A stretch of DNA of 38,690 nucleotides from an uncultured archaeon (GCA_964347045.1 CAYFXC010000003.1:1-38690), one strand, 5' to 3'. Shown: positions 8,991 to 17,770, counted from the first letter of the stretch. Numbers and translations are program-made. Notes: a model not told the origin generated them from the letters alone.

Positions 8991-10424
8991 TCACGCTAGA
9001 ATAAATCGATCTCCAATTCTTGGAGCTATTGCGGGTGATCGAAAAAGCCGTTTGGCAGTATTTGCAAGAGCTTTACAGGCTCTTGGGCTTCCATGAATGC
9101 AAAAAACGGTTTGTGGCGGCTTTCTTTTGAGGGAAAACAAAAATCCTAGTAATTCACGCTTGTCGGCATGAGCGGAAAAGCCATACAAACGTTCAATATG
9201 CGCGCGTACACGCTTTTTTCGTCTATAAATCGTGACATTTTTTGCACCTTGAACAATACGATGACCGAGAGTTCCTGGAGCTTGAAACCCAATGATCATT
9301 AGGTGAGTGTTTCTATCTTCGATCCGCCGAAAAAGGTGTCGGAGAATCCGCCCACCGTTCATCATCCCCGAACCTGCAACTATCATAATTGGGCCAAGTT
9401 GTTGACTTAGTCTATCGCTCTCATATTGTCTCTCAATATATTGAAGACCCTTGAAATCAAGGGGGGCGTCTCCAGATCTAATGAGGTTCCATGTTTCTTT
9501 GTCAAAACATTCTTTGTGGCGTTTGAAGATTTCTGTTGCCTTGATAGCTAAGGGCGAATCAATTGCAACTGGAATAACAGGAACACGTCTATTTTCCACA
9601 AGCAAGTTCAATGAATAGATTAGTGCCTGGGTACGACCAATGGCAAAAGCTGGCACTAAGATATGGCTTCGATGACGGTGTGCTTTGATGATTATTCGTT
9701 CAAAGCGTTTAATGGTTTTTGAGAATGGTTCATGAGCGCGATTAGCGTATGTGGACTCACAGAGAAGATATGTTGCCGCAGTTGGAAAATCAGGATCCCG
9801 GATAATCGGTGTATTTCTTCGCCCTACATCTCCTGTATAAACCAAGTGGATAACCTTTCCTCGTTCTTCAATCCATGTTTCGATAATTGATGATCCCAGA
9901 ATATGACCGGCATCTCGAAATCGTAAAGTCACATTTCCACGGAGGGTGGTTTTTTCTCCATAATTAACAATTCGCAACTGTTTGATAGTTCGTTCTGCAT
10001 CTTGTCTTGAAAATAATGGTTTGGTAGCAAACGCATGGTTGTTTTGTCGTGCTTGTTGGTATGAACGCGCTCTAGCAGCGTCCTCTTCTTCACTATCTGC
10101 CACATCTCTGAGAAGCATTGAACAAAGTTCAGAAGTAGCTGCTGACACGTAGATGGGTCCTCGAAAACCTGAACGGCTAAGAATTGGCAGTCGACCACAA
10201 TGATCGAGATGTGCATGGGATAAAATCACAAAATCTATTCTGGAGGCATCGAATGTAAAGACATGATTCCGTTGATATTGCTCTACAGACTTTCCCTGAT
10301 AGAGTCCGCAATCAATTAGAAACGATGTAGACTTGGTCTTAATCTTATAAAGGCTCCCTGTAACGGTTTGTCCCGCTCCATGAATGGATAATTCCAATGC
10401 GAATTGCTCCTCTTCGAGTGTCAA
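8991..10424 (-). CDS. beta-CASP MBL-fold ribonuclease (TTHA0252/bacterial CPSF-like)
   Basis: IDCGLYQG, SHAHLDHCG, DAGHILGS, YTGDVG, ESTYA, FSAHAD, IHG motifs; no N-terminal KH domains. Confidence 0.9.
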   Translation of the reverse strand: MTLEEEQFALELSIHGAGQTVTGSLYKIKTKSTSFLIDCGLYQGKSVEQYQRNHVFTFDASRIDFVILSHAHLDHCGRLPILSRSGFRGPIYVSAATSELCSMLLRDVADSEEEDAARARSYQQARQNNHAFATKPLFSRQDAERTIKQLRIVNYGEKTTLRGNVTLRFRDAGHILGSSIIETWIEERGKVIHLVYTGDVGRRNTPIIRDPDFPTAATYLLCESTYANRAHEPFSKTIKRFERIIIKAHRHRSHILVPAFAIGRTQALIYSLNLLVENRRVPVIPVAIDSPLAIKATEIFKRHKECFDKETWNLIRSGDAPLDFKGLQYIERQYESDRLSQQLGPIMIVAGSGMMNGGRILRHLFRRIEDRNTHLMIIGFQAPGTLGHRIVQGAKNVTIYRRKKRVRAHIERLYGFSAHADKRELLGFLFSLKRKPPQTVFCIHGSPRACKALANTAKRLFRSPAIAPRIGDRFILA

Positions 10425-10438
10425 AGAATAAAGCGAGA

Positions 10439-11368
10439 CTAACTAAAAAGATCGAAATCTGAAGATCCACTTTTCTTTTCTTTTTCTTCAGACCGCTCCT
10501 TTTCACTTTTTGTTAGTTCTGAGTCGCCCTCTTCTTCTTTTTTCGTATTTTGACTTATCTGAAATAATTGCCTACGCATGGAGTCTACAACAGAACCGGG
10601 TTTTTCTTCAGCTGAGGTTATGGGCTCAAGAGTTGCTAATGTGGACCCTATGTATACTTGTCCATCTGAAGTAAGTTGAAGTTGCTGGCCAAAGCACCGT
10701 GTAAAGGCATCAATATCTTCCTGCGCTGTCGCTCGAATCTGCGAAAAAAGAATTGCGTCCCCTTGACAATAGAACCGCATTTGTAGGCGAAGCACGGAAA
10801 CCAGAAACTCGTTTGGACCAATCGGGTTCATCGTGGCTTGGCCATAGCAGTCAGTCATTGCGAAAAGCACCTTTGTAGCTAGTTGTTCTTCATAAGTCAA
10901 TATTCGGCGACGAATTGGAGTTACTTGTCTAACGGGTTCAGGGACGATTGTTTGCTCAATAACTTCAACTTTGTCTTGGAATGATTCTTCAAAGGTTGAA
11001 ATTGGATCCTCTTCCTCTACAACAACAAGATAATCTGAGGTCTTAGGATTCTCCTCAAGACGTTTTTGTAGAAGGGATGCCTTTGGGTTCTTCAAATCAC
11101 CCGGTATTTCGATGAAATTAGTACATTTGGTCCCATAATGGATTTTGTCAACATGTGTTCCGTTTTTCATTATAAAACGAGCTTGACGAAGTGCAGTGGT
11201 TCGTTGCAGCATAGATGTTCCTCGACCCAGCCACACCCATACAATGCCTTCGGCTTCATCGACTATGAGAATGGCTCGTCCATCGACAAGGTGTTTGGGA
11301 TTCCAATGAAGAGGTTGCATTTCGCCTCCTTCGCCAAGGATTTCAATCATCCCAAGGTATTGCTTCAT
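10439..11368 (-). CDS. gelsolin-like domain protein 3 with charged tail ending DFDLFS
   Basis: AILIVDE..IVWVWLGRGTSMLQRTTALRQARFI; acidic linker; E/K/S-rich C-terminal tail. Confidence 0.7.
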   Translation of the reverse strand: MKQYLGMIEILGEGGEMQPLHWNPKHLVDGRAILIVDEAEGIVWVWLGRGTSMLQRTTALRQARFIMKNGTHVDKIHYGTKCTNFIEIPGDLKNPKASLLQKRLEENPKTSDYLVVVEEEDPISTFEESFQDKVEVIEQTIVPEPVRQVTPIRRRILTYEEQLATKVLFAMTDCYGQATMNPIGPNEFLVSVLRLQMRFYCQGDAILFSQIRATAQEDIDAFTRCFGQQLQLTSDGQVYIGSTLATLEPITSAEEKPGSVVDSMRRQLFQISQNTKKEEEGDSELTKSEKERSEEKEKKSGSSDFDLFS

Positions 11369-11467
11369 TTATTGTATCACCGCTAGAGTGACTATTACGC
11401 TTGTGCAGCCACACGTTGTGCGTATTTACTAAATATGAGGGTGTGAGGTGTATAAGAAATTGTTGTG

Positions 11468-12757
11468 TCAAGCTTTTTTCTTTCGGAGTTCCGCGAGAAT
11501 TTCTTGTGCTCGATCAAATCGAACTCGTTTTTCACCAATCATCTTCTGAGCTACTTGATCGACTTCTTTTTCCTCGGCTCCTGCTGCAACAGCAATATTA
11601 CGGGCATGAAGCTTCATGTGACCAGTTTGAATGCCTTCTTGGCTAAGGGCTCGAAGGGCTGCAAGGTTTTGTGCAAGACCAACACTAGCAATAACCTGTG
11701 CAAGCTCTGTTGCAGTTTTTACTCCTAATATCTTCACACATAACTGCGCAACTGGGTGAGTTCGGGTTGCTCCACCCACCAACCCAACTGCCAGAGGGAG
11801 CTCAATGGTTCCATGTAAATCGCCTTCAGATGTTTTTTCATAATGAGTAAGTGATTGGTAGCCTCCTTCTCGTGTTGCTGCATAAGTGTGAGCTCCTGCT
11901 TCAACTGCACGGAAATCTTGTCCTGTCGCCAAGAGGACAGCATCAATTCCATTCATGATCCCTTTGTTATGAGTGGCACAACGGAAGGGATCTGCCTGAG
12001 CAAAAGCATATGCTTTCAAAATTCCCTCTATAACACTAGAACCACCTAATGCCTTTGCTGGAAATGTTGCTTCAGCTCTTGCGAGTCGGTAGACTGCCAG
12101 ATTCGAAAGAATTCGTAGATACACCTTCCCCTCAGTTAATTCTTCGATCAATGGAGCCAATGCTTCACACATCGTATTTACAGCATTTGCTCCCATTGCA
12201 TCACGTGCATCAACAAGAAGATGAACAATAATCATCGGCCCCATCATAGTATCTAAAAGACGGACCTGTAAATCACGAGCTCCTCCTCCAAACTTCACCA
12301 GCACAGGGTCTTGAGCGTTGGCAAACTTTAACAAATTTACTTTCTGGGCAATAATAGCTTCTTGAGCGGCCCTAACATTGGGAATATCTGCTACCTGAAT
12401 CTGTCCAATCATCACGGGGTCAGTGGTACTTGCAGTAAACCCTCCGGTTTTTCGCGTCATTCTTGCTGCGTTTGATGCTGCAGCCACAACAGAAGGTTCT
12501 TCTAATGCCATGGGAACCAAAACATCTTGACCATTAATATGAAAATTCGTTGCAATGCCAAGAGGAAATGGATATGAGCCCACGACGTTCTCAATCATCC
12601 GATCTGCGGTAGCCGCATCCAAGGCCCCGAATGCTTCCAAAAGTGAAACTTCTTCGTCGCTAAGGTCCGCAAAAGCTCGAAGCTTTTTCACCCGCTCTGA
12701 AACAGACAGACGGTAAAATCCGCTAATAGCTGAAGTTTTATGGGACACGGCATTCAC
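11468..12757 (-). CDS. mvaA: hydroxymethylglutaryl-CoA reductase, class II
   Basis: ENVVG, EEPSVVAAAS, DAMGANAVNTMCE, THNKGIMNG, GIQTGHMKLHARN motifs of class II HMGR. Confidence 0.93.
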   Translation of the reverse strand: MNAVSHKTSAISGFYRLSVSERVKKLRAFADLSDEEVSLLEAFGALDAATADRMIENVVGSYPFPLGIATNFHINGQDVLVPMALEEPSVVAAASNAARMTRKTGGFTASTTDPVMIGQIQVADIPNVRAAQEAIIAQKVNLLKFANAQDPVLVKFGGGARDLQVRLLDTMMGPMIIVHLLVDARDAMGANAVNTMCEALAPLIEELTEGKVYLRILSNLAVYRLARAEATFPAKALGGSSVIEGILKAYAFAQADPFRCATHNKGIMNGIDAVLLATGQDFRAVEAGAHTYAATREGGYQSLTHYEKTSEGDLHGTIELPLAVGLVGGATRTHPVAQLCVKILGVKTATELAQVIASVGLAQNLAALRALSQEGIQTGHMKLHARNIAVAAGAEEKEVDQVAQKMIGEKRVRFDRAQEILAELRKKKA

Positions 12758-12851
12758 TTCACCGTGTCTCTGGCATTGGATAACTTATCAAACTTTCTTC
12801 TTTTGCTGTAAAACCAACCTATGTAGACAACGCGATGGTGTAGGAAGATCA

Positions 12852-13361
12852 CTATTTCTCTCGGAGTTCCCACATACAGCTGTCGGCGCCCCACGTTTTA
12901 CATTGGACTTCTTCGCATTCGCTGTTGAACCCGCGGAGAGTCAGGACGTGTTGAAATACTCCACTTAAAATATTGCAGTATTTCAAACCATGAAATTCAT
13001 CTGACATCCGAATGTTTTCACAAATTGGACAATCATTAAAAACATAGACAATTTTCCTTTCGGCCTTATCATAGTATGCGTTATCAAAGGCTTTCCCCAA
13101 CATTACGCGAGTTGCCAAAGTGAATGTGTCAAGAAAACCATCAAAAGTGGTTGCATGTTTTCCAATTGTGTCGCTGTATTCAAACAACAAGGTTTCAGCC
13201 ATTGCGTTACCCAGCCGGAGTAGTTTCTCGTTAGCTAAATTAACATCCCCCTTACTATTAAGAAGGACGTCGTCTACAACTGCTGCAACCAAGGCTTGAA
13301 ATGCATTTAGTGAGGTTTTTTGCATCTTAAAATGCCAACCGATCCAACCTTTGACACCCAT
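12852..13361 (-). CDS. V4R-domain protein (Bet3/TRAPP-related fold)
   Basis: C-terminal CPICE...YCNILSGVF...EEVQCKTWGADSC V4R cysteine pattern; N-terminal LLRLGNAMAETLLFEY helix. Confidence 0.75.
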   Translation of the reverse strand: MGVKGWIGWHFKMQKTSLNAFQALVAAVVDDVLLNSKGDVNLANEKLLRLGNAMAETLLFEYSDTIGKHATTFDGFLDTFTLATRVMLGKAFDNAYYDKAERKIVYVFNDCPICENIRMSDEFHGLKYCNILSGVFQHVLTLRGFNSECEEVQCKTWGADSCMWELREK

Positions 13362-13426
13362 ATTAGTTCACCAATTATTCGTATCTTATAACTAGCGTTA
13401 TGAATCATTCGTTCCTATTATTAGCG

Positions 13427-13912
13427 TTATACGCGTTTTTCGAAATCCACAAGTCCCCGCTTTTGAAGGTCTAAAAGCATTCGCATAGCGATAAAAAACT
13501 GTAGCCCCATTTTATCTGCAATTTCTTGGAGCGTTGTTTTTCCATCACATAAACTAAGCATGCGGAATTCGGTAATCGACAGTTTTTGCTTTTCCAAATC
13601 TGCGACAACACGAGGAACAATCCGATGACTTTTTGTGCCGACCATCCGAGTAGTTGGTGGAGCAGTAGGTTGAGGGGTTGTGCCTGGCTGAGTTTGTTTA
13701 GCCTCTACTTGATTACCTGCATGGATTTCGGAAACTTCGTGGCCACGCTCAACGAGATCTTGGTCAAGGTAAATTGTAATTACATGGGCCGGTTCTCCAT
13801 GGACGTAAGAGTAGGGAAATGGAAAGACGTTTTGTCGTTCAATGATATTGGGCGGGACGTCTATCGCAATATATGCCTTACATTTTTCGCAATAGGTGTA
13901 TACGACAGGCAT
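13427..13912 (-). CDS. putative Zn-binding domain plus C-terminal winged-helix protein
   Basis: CEKC...FPFPYSYVHGEPAH..IYLD N-domain, P/T linker, and LCDGKTTLQEIADKMG...LLDLQKRGLVDF wHTH; ATG 13912 preferred. Confidence 0.7.
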   Translation of the reverse strand: MPVVYTYCEKCKAYIAIDVPPNIIERQNVFPFPYSYVHGEPAHVITIYLDQDLVERGHEVSEIHAGNQVEAKQTQPGTTPQPTAPPTTRMVGTKSHRIVPRVVADLEKQKLSITEFRMLSLCDGKTTLQEIADKMGLQFFIAMRMLLDLQKRGLVDFEKRV

Positions 13913-14041
13913 ATCAATAGACTCCCAGGATTGTTTCAGAGTATAATGTAGAGAAAGCGTTCTTAACATTTCCTTCTGAAATACTTTAAGTCGGGATAAA
14001 TTCCAATTAATCTTGAATGCCTACTTTTTCTAGTATCCATA

Positions 14042-15337
14042 TTACTCTCTTGCATAAACAGCAATTTTGTTTGCTTCATGAAAGACATGGATTTTTGCTG
14101 CTGAATCGTTTTGGAGCCAAGAGTCGACAATCTTTTGGGGGTTCGGTGCATAGGAAATATGAGCCGTTTCTACCTGTATCTTATCTAGGCTTGTGTATAG
14201 CCAAACATGACGTAAGCGCTGGATTAGTTCTCCAAATTTCCAGCTTTTGTGTGTGTAGAGTCGATAGTTATTCTGAATTTTGGACATCATTTCTGGAAGT
14301 GGCATGATAAGATAATCATAGAAGAATTCGCGGGCGGTTGGAGTGGGTGCTATTCCTTTTGGACATTCAGCTAAAAGAAGAACCTCGCCGTTATCTCGAA
14401 CTGCGTTCTTGGTAAGTTCTAATCCTCGTTGCGCGTTGTAAAGACTCTCATCTTGAGGATTTCCGCCCGGCGTGACGACAATGTGATCTGTTACAGGAAC
14501 AGTGAAGGAAGCAGTATTGTCAATAACTTGGAAGCCTTCACGAGTGACCGGTTGCATTTTCCCACTCTTTGACCATATAATATAAGGGCCGCTCGTTACC
14601 ATAGCTAGAAGAAAGACGGGTCTGTCAGCGAGAATCATATTCATTCCCTCAAGCATATCTTCTGCCACTGGGTTAGTTCGGCGAGTAGGATTCGGGTGCA
14701 ACGGGTGTCTTCCAAACGTGGAATCGGGTTCCAATGCAAGACTATGATTAGATTCAATGGTATTGAAATCACAAATACCAGGTAAAAAATTCTTGAGGGC
14801 GTTTGAATAGCCCGCAAAATAATGGTTTTTCATGTCAGCTGCAACGACAAAAGCTTCCATTTGAAATACTTCTTCGTTAACTCGAACCTCGGTTCCTCGA
14901 CTAGTGGTTCCCACTAACTTACAAGTTGATTGAAGTGCATCATGAACTAATACACGATAGGCGTCGAGTTCATTTGTTTTACAGCTTTTGTGGATGGCTT
15001 GAATAATCTCCTGATTACGTTTGCTATTAGCTTCATGAGAACCTGTTGTAATAATAAAGATTAGATCCTTTGCCGGTTTAAAATGAGAGGTTAATTCTTC
15101 AATGATGATTTCGTGAGGTTCTGCTCGTGTTCCGTCTTCAACTAAAACACAAACTCTACGATTTGCTATGGTTTCAGTCAACGTAATGCCCATTGGTGTT
15201 TCCAAGGCATTTCGAAGTGAACCCGCAATATCCTTGGAGGCTTTTTGTTTGCGAGGTTGAATAATCTCACCGATATTATCATCGGGAATATTCAGTTGGA
15301 TATAGTCTTGACCGTATCTAAGTTGAAGTTTTGCCAT
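14042..15337 (-). CDS. lactate racemase LarA-family nickel-pincer-dependent racemase/epimerase
   Basis: EDGTR..P, TTGSH, HYFAGYSNALKNFLPG, ESNH, GGNPQDESLYNAQRG motifs match the LarA layout. Confidence 0.85.
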   Translation of the reverse strand: MAKLQLRYGQDYIQLNIPDDNIGEIIQPRKQKASKDIAGSLRNALETPMGITLTETIANRRVCVLVEDGTRAEPHEIIIEELTSHFKPAKDLIFIITTGSHEANSKRNQEIIQAIHKSCKTNELDAYRVLVHDALQSTCKLVGTTSRGTEVRVNEEVFQMEAFVVAADMKNHYFAGYSNALKNFLPGICDFNTIESNHSLALEPDSTFGRHPLHPNPTRRTNPVAEDMLEGMNMILADRPVFLLAMVTSGPYIIWSKSGKMQPVTREGFQVIDNTASFTVPVTDHIVVTPGGNPQDESLYNAQRGLELTKNAVRDNGEVLLLAECPKGIAPTPTAREFFYDYLIMPLPEMMSKIQNNYRLYTHKSWKFGELIQRLRHVWLYTSLDKIQVETAHISYAPNPQKIVDSWLQNDSAAKIHVFHEANKIAVYARE

Positions 15338-15343
15338 ATGCTC

Positions 15344-16891
15344 TCAAGAGTCCAAGGTGCCCAGTTGAGAAAAAATCTTTGCTTTCTCCAAAGCTTGGTA
15401 GATCTCCGTTTGAACCCTATAGAGCTTATTATAGCGGTTTGCCAATTCCTGTGTTGGCTGGTAGTTTTCACCTACAGTGACCATAGCTTCAGCCGCTTGG
15501 GTTACATTTTGGTAGATGCCACTACCTGTGGCTGCAAGAATGGCTGCTCCTAATGCAGTTGCTTCTTCTATTAGACTACGTTGCACTTTCAATTGAGTGA
15601 TATCCGATTGAATTTGATTCCATATTGTACTTCGTGTTGCTCCTCCTGTAAGGCGGAGTTCTTTCAACGATATTCCGATATTTTGCATAATTTCGAGATT
15701 ACGCCGAACTTCAAAGGCGGTTCCCTCCATAATTGCCCGGATAATGTCTGAACGTGAATGCCCTAAAGCAAGTCCGATGATTACACCCCGTGCGTCTGGA
15801 TTCCAATATGGTGCCCCTGCACCCACAAAATGCGGTAATAATATTATCCCTCTTGCTCCAGGTGGAGACTGCTTTGCCTGGTCATTCATTAGCTCGTATG
15901 CATCTGTATCCAACAACTTGGCAAGCTGTTTCTCTTCCTGTCCAAATTCGTCTCGAAACCATCGGTAGATAATACCGCTAGTGAAAATACTGGCTTCAAT
16001 AACCCATCGATTGGGGACAGCGTGGCAGCTACAAAGAAGTCGTCGTTGTGGGTCAAATAGCGGGTTTTCTTCAAAGGCTAAAATGAAGGTTCCAGTTCCA
16101 ATAGTGGCTTTCACACGACCTGGTTTGACTACACCGACACCAACTGCTCCACATTGCTGATCACCCCCTCCAATAATAACCGGCAGCCCTTTAGGGAGCC
16201 CGGTTGCTTTTGCTGCTTTCGGTGTGACTTCCGCAATTTTAGTACCCGATGGATGGGCTTCGGGAAGCCTATTTTTGGGGATTTCAAGCTGATCGCAAAT
16301 TGGGTTGGACCATTCCATCTTTTGTACAGCGAAGAGCATCGTTCGAGACGCATTACTATAATCTGTTGCAAACTCTCCGGTTAATCGTTGTAGGATGAAA
16401 TCGTGAACAAGTAGGAATTTGTGGGTTTTTTGAAAAAGTTGTGGTTTTTCCGTTTTAAACCAGAGAATCTTCGGTGCTGAAAAATATGGGTCAATTGTTA
16501 GTCCAGTTTCATAGTATACAGTGTCTGCTCCGAGTTCTTTTCTAATTTGTTGGCATTGAGGCGTTGTTCGTCGGTCTTGCCATACTAATGCGTTGTGAAG
16601 TGGTATACCTTTTAGGTCAACAGGTACTATTGTTTCACGCTGATTTGTTATACTTACAGCAGCGATTTTATTTGCCTGGTTGCCTAATTTTTTCAAAGTG
16701 GTCTTTGCGGTGCGACATGTAGTTCGCCACCAGTCCTCGGCGTCTTGCTCAACCCATGTTGGTCGTGGAAACATGGAAAAATACTCTTGATGGGCTTGTG
16801 CAACTAATTTTCCGGTTTTCGCACTAAACACCGCTGTTCGTGTCCCACTTGTACCAACATCAATTGCCATCACAAGTTCTGTAGTATCCAA
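15344..16891 (-). CDS. FGGY-family carbohydrate kinase (xylulokinase/glycerol kinase-like)
   Basis: IDVGTSG, TNQRET, WQDRR, DPYFSAPK, DYSNASRT, GGGDQQ, GTGTF, EATALGAA. Confidence 0.9.
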   Translation of the reverse strand: MDTTELVMAIDVGTSGTRTAVFSAKTGKLVAQAHQEYFSMFPRPTWVEQDAEDWWRTTCRTAKTTLKKLGNQANKIAAVSITNQRETIVPVDLKGIPLHNALVWQDRRTTPQCQQIRKELGADTVYYETGLTIDPYFSAPKILWFKTEKPQLFQKTHKFLLVHDFILQRLTGEFATDYSNASRTMLFAVQKMEWSNPICDQLEIPKNRLPEAHPSGTKIAEVTPKAAKATGLPKGLPVIIGGGDQQCGAVGVGVVKPGRVKATIGTGTFILAFEENPLFDPQRRLLCSCHAVPNRWVIEASIFTSGIIYRWFRDEFGQEEKQLAKLLDTDAYELMNDQAKQSPPGARGIILLPHFVGAGAPYWNPDARGVIIGLALGHSRSDIIRAIMEGTAFEVRRNLEIMQNIGISLKELRLTGGATRSTIWNQIQSDITQLKVQRSLIEEATALGAAILAATGSGIYQNVTQAAEAMVTVGENYQPTQELANRYNKLYRVQTEIYQALEKAKIFSQLGTLDS

Positions 16892-17006
16892 TTCAGCTAC
16901 ACCTTGCCTAAACAGTTCTTTTAACAGTTATAACTTGTATTGCCATCGAAACACCCACAGGTTTATGACTCACCATACCTTTGCCCTCCTGTATCGGTGA
17001 TAATCA

Positions 17007-17765
17007 ATGACCCTAGATCGTATTGAACAAGCAGCTCAAATGATACTAGGTTCAAAATCTACTGTTGCGCTGACAGGTGCAGGAGTTTCCACGAAAAGTG
17101 GGATTCCTGATTTTCGAGGGGCTGATGGTCTTTGGACAAAAGTTGATCCCGCAAAGTTTGCCAGTATTAACGGTTTTCTTAGCAACCCGAAGGCTTGGTG
17201 GGAAATGGCGCTAGAATTAGCGCCTACTATCTTGAATGCAAAGCCTAACACTTCTCACTTGAAGCTCGCAGAACTGGAGAAAATGGGGCTTTTAGACTGT
17301 GTAATAACTCAAAACGTGGATGGTCTTCATCAACGTGGTGGTAGTCAGTGTGTGCTTGAAGTTCATGGAAGCCTATTCAGTGGCACTTGCACTGTCTGTC
17401 AATTCCAAGTTGATCGTAAATACTTGGAAAAAGCTATGAAGAAACGGCAAATTCCTGTTATGTGTCCCACTTGTGGTTGTCTAGTTAAACTAGATACCGT
17501 GTTTTTTGGGGAAGCTCTCCCGCAAAATGAGTTAGCTTCTGCAATTGAATCGGCAAGACAGTGTCAGCTGATGCTAACAATCGGATCTTATCTGGTGGTT
17601 TACCCTGTTGCCTCTCTTCCGTCAATTGCACGGCAAAGTGGTGCACAACTTATTATCATCAATCAGGAACCAACACCTTTTGACAAAGAAGCTGATCTTG
17701 TATTTATTGCGGAAGCTGGTGAAACTTTAACTGCTATAGTTGAAGCAATTCGAAAACTAAAATGA
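17007..17765 (+). CDS. cobB: NAD-dependent protein deacylase, sirtuin family
   Basis: GAGVSTKSGIPDFRG, TQNVDGLHQ, EVHGS, CxxC...CxxC zinc site, VFFGE, IIINQEPT. Confidence 0.9.
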   Translation: MTLDRIEQAAQMILGSKSTVALTGAGVSTKSGIPDFRGADGLWTKVDPAKFASINGFLSNPKAWWEMALELAPTILNAKPNTSHLKLAELEKMGLLDCVITQNVDGLHQRGGSQCVLEVHGSLFSGTCTVCQFQVDRKYLEKAMKKRQIPVMCPTCGCLVKLDTVFFGEALPQNELASAIESARQCQLMLTIGSYLVVYPVASLPSIARQSGAQLIIINQEPTPFDKEADLVFIAEAGETLTAIVEAIRKLK

Positions 17766-17770
17766 TTCAC

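Noticed and set aside
8682-13994. Shared 10-mer TTTAAGTCGG at 8682 and 13985 in two promoter regions
   Set aside because: Overlaps TATA-like sequence and is in opposite orientation relative to the downstream genes; two copies are compatible with chance.
17007-17765. Sir2-based anti-phage system (Thoeris/DSR-like)
   Set aside because: This is a classical zinc-containing CobB-type deacylase with no TIR, Argonaute or HerA partner.
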